Source: an uncultured bacterium (GTDB lineage: Bacteria > Patescibacteriota > Minisyncoccia > Phycocordibacterales > GWA1-40-21). From it: 64,000 nucleotides of DNA. The DNA is taken from the NCBI GenBank assembly GCA_963840885.1, contig CAWJAN010000001.1, forward strand, positions 181,356-245,355, given 5' to 3'. The notes under the pieces were generated by a model. The model searched no databases. It was not told the DNA's origin and saw only the letters and a list, made by a program, of their open reading frames with translations. Shown here piece by piece: positions 62,595 through 64,000 of the stretch (its first letter is position 1; each line of letters starts with the position of its first letter). Both the position numbers and the translations under genes were made by a program.

Positions 62595-64000
62595 TTACAA
62601 TTGATTCACTTCCTCGAATGGTATTTCTTTGTTTACTGACTTTATTATCGCGTCTTCTTTCATCGTAAGAAGGCCTTGTTTTCTTGCCACCTTGAATACT
62701 TCCGATTCTACCGGATTTTTCAGAATGACATCTTCTATTTCCGGGCTCATCTTGAACATTTCAAATACGCCTATCCTGCCTTTGACTCCAGTAGGGCATT
62801 GCGGAGTCGATTCGGCTTCATATATTTGTTTGCCTGTAGGAATTTCATCCCTGAAAGCCGATGGAACGTCTTGGAATTGCTTATCTATCATGGACTGAAT
62901 GCTTTCCGTAATAGGCGCCGGCTTCCCGGTATCCGGGCAAAGCTTCCTGACAAGCCTTTGGGCAACCGCCAATATAAGAGTGGGCGGAATAAGATATGGA
63001 TCAACGCCCATATCTATAAGTCTTGGAACAACTCCTGTTGCGCTGTTTGTGTGTATTGTTGAGAGAACCAAGTGTCCGGTAAGCGCCGCTTGCACAGCAA
63101 GCTGGGCAGTTTCTTTGTCTCTGATTTCTCCGACCATTATGATGTTGGGGTCTTGCCTTAATGTAGTACGCAGGCCGTTTGCGAAATCGTATCCGATTTC
63201 CGGAAAAACCTGCGACTGGCTTACGCCGTCTATATTGTATTCGATAGGATCTTCAAGAGAAAGTACGTTCTGGGTATTTTTGTCTATTTCTTCAAGAATC
63301 GCATAAAGCGTAGTCGTCTTACCGGAACCGGTCGGACCTGAAATCAAAATCATTCCATACGGCCTCTGCGTGGCATCTCGGAGCATCTTAAGATATCTTT
63401 TGGAAAATCCCATTTCTTCGAGCTTCCTTATTCCTCTTTCCTGATCAAGTATCCTCATAACGACTTTTTCGCCGTAATACGTGGGGAAAGTCGAAACACG
63501 GAAATCTATTTTCCTTCCTTCTATTTTTGCGGAAAATCTTCCGTCTTGCGGCTTTCTTTTTTCGTCGAGGCGCATATTGGAAAGTATTTTTATCCTGGCA
63601 ACCACAGCCTGGTGAACTTCAAGCGGCAATACGAGGCTGGTATTAAGGATTCCATCCACCCTGAATCTGACGCGGATTTTATCCGACATGGCTTCGATAT
63701 GAACGTCTGACGCATTGCCTTCTGTCGCATATCTGAGTATTGTGGCTACGATCTTCGTGACCGGAGCGTCTTCTATTATCTTTGTTTCTACTTTTTTATC
63801 TTTATCCTTGTCGGAAGTTATTTCTATATTTTCAAGATCAGTCGAAAGCTCAGATTCAAGCTCGGTAAGGGCCTTGGTGACTTCCCCGGAAAGGCCTTTG
63901 TAGCTGCTGATGACTTTCTTGTAATCCTTTTCTGAAATTATGAAAATCTTATACGGAATATTCAGCTTGCCGACGATAAAATTTATGGCGTCTCTGGCTT
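62595..64000 (-). CDS. pilB: Type IV pilus assembly ATPase PilB (GspE family), N-terminus beyond window end
   Basis: Walker A GPTGSGKTT and a tetracysteine-like region. The ORF-track start (MSDKIRVRF at 63689) is internal. My in-frame translation upstream continues without stops to the window edge and includes the GspE N2/N-terminal signature VTKIVATILRYATEGNASDVHIE. Confidence 0.88.
   Translation of the reverse strand, partial: ARDAINFIVGKLNIPYKIFIISEKDYKKVISSYKGLSGEVTKALTELESELSTDLENIEITSDKDKDKKVETKIIEDAPVTKIVATILRYATEGNASDVHIEAMSDKIRVRFRVDGILNTSLVLPLEVHQAVVARIKILSNMRLDEKRKPQDGRFSAKIEGRKIDFRVSTFPTYYGEKVVMRILDQERGIRKLEEMGFSKRYLKMLRDATQRPYGMILISGPTGSGKTTTLYAILEEIDKNTQNVLSLEDPIEYNIDGVSQSQVFPEIGYDFANGLRTTLRQDPNIIMVGEIRDKETAQLAVQAALTGHLVLSTIHTNSATGVVPRLIDMGVDPYLIPPTLILAVAQRLVRKLCPDTGKPAPITESIQSMIDKQFQDVPSAFRDEIPTGKQIYEAESTPQCPTGVKGRIGVFEMFKMSPEIEDVILKNPVESEVFKVARKQGLLTMKEDAIIKSVNKEIPFEEVNQL

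Overview
This 64-kb window is AT-rich, gene-dense bacterial chromosome with short intergenic spacers and many rho-independent terminators. The gene content looks like a small-genome, Patescibacteria/CPR-like organism (inference): IF-2 is only 510 aa, RF2 is 290 aa with no frameshift site, there are 14 tRNA genes, a lone peptide-binding SBP, a giant surface protein and a complete type IV pilus cluster. Housekeeping genes I recognise are lepA, clpB, a cysteine desulfurase, infB-rbfA, a ribonucleotide reductase with an ATP cone, htpX-lemA, secG, RNase J, ftsE-ftsX, prfB, and ligA-gatC-gatA. Accessory content is a 6.4-kb surface/adhesin locus encoding an 1830-aa protein with phage tail-fibre-like 'NGGTG' repeats, a thiol-disulfide module (Trx-like CPHC + CcdA), a GGDEF protein with a GGEEM variant, an orphan histidine kinase, and a type IV pilus cluster (pilB partial, receiver domain, pilT, pilC, five pilin-like genes, pilD). 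Two observations look most novel. (1) A compact minus-strand operon at 52.0-54.7 kb: radical-SAM/SPASM maturase, a 57-aa precursor-like peptide whose C-terminus carries four Tyr-x-Asp motifs, an attenuator hairpin, a TraB/GumN/Tiki-family protein and a SAM methyltransferase. This is a candidate undescribed RiPP (triceptide/cyclophane-like) system, bracketed by two paralogous lipoprotein genes. (2) A conserved ~140-nt palindromic element next to tRNA-Gln and tRNA-Met(CAT), whose arms co-vary with the 3' end of the adjacent tRNA; the Gln locus also has a duplicated tRNA 5' fragment flanking a small GIY-YIG gene. No CRISPR array, transposase or integrase gene was found.
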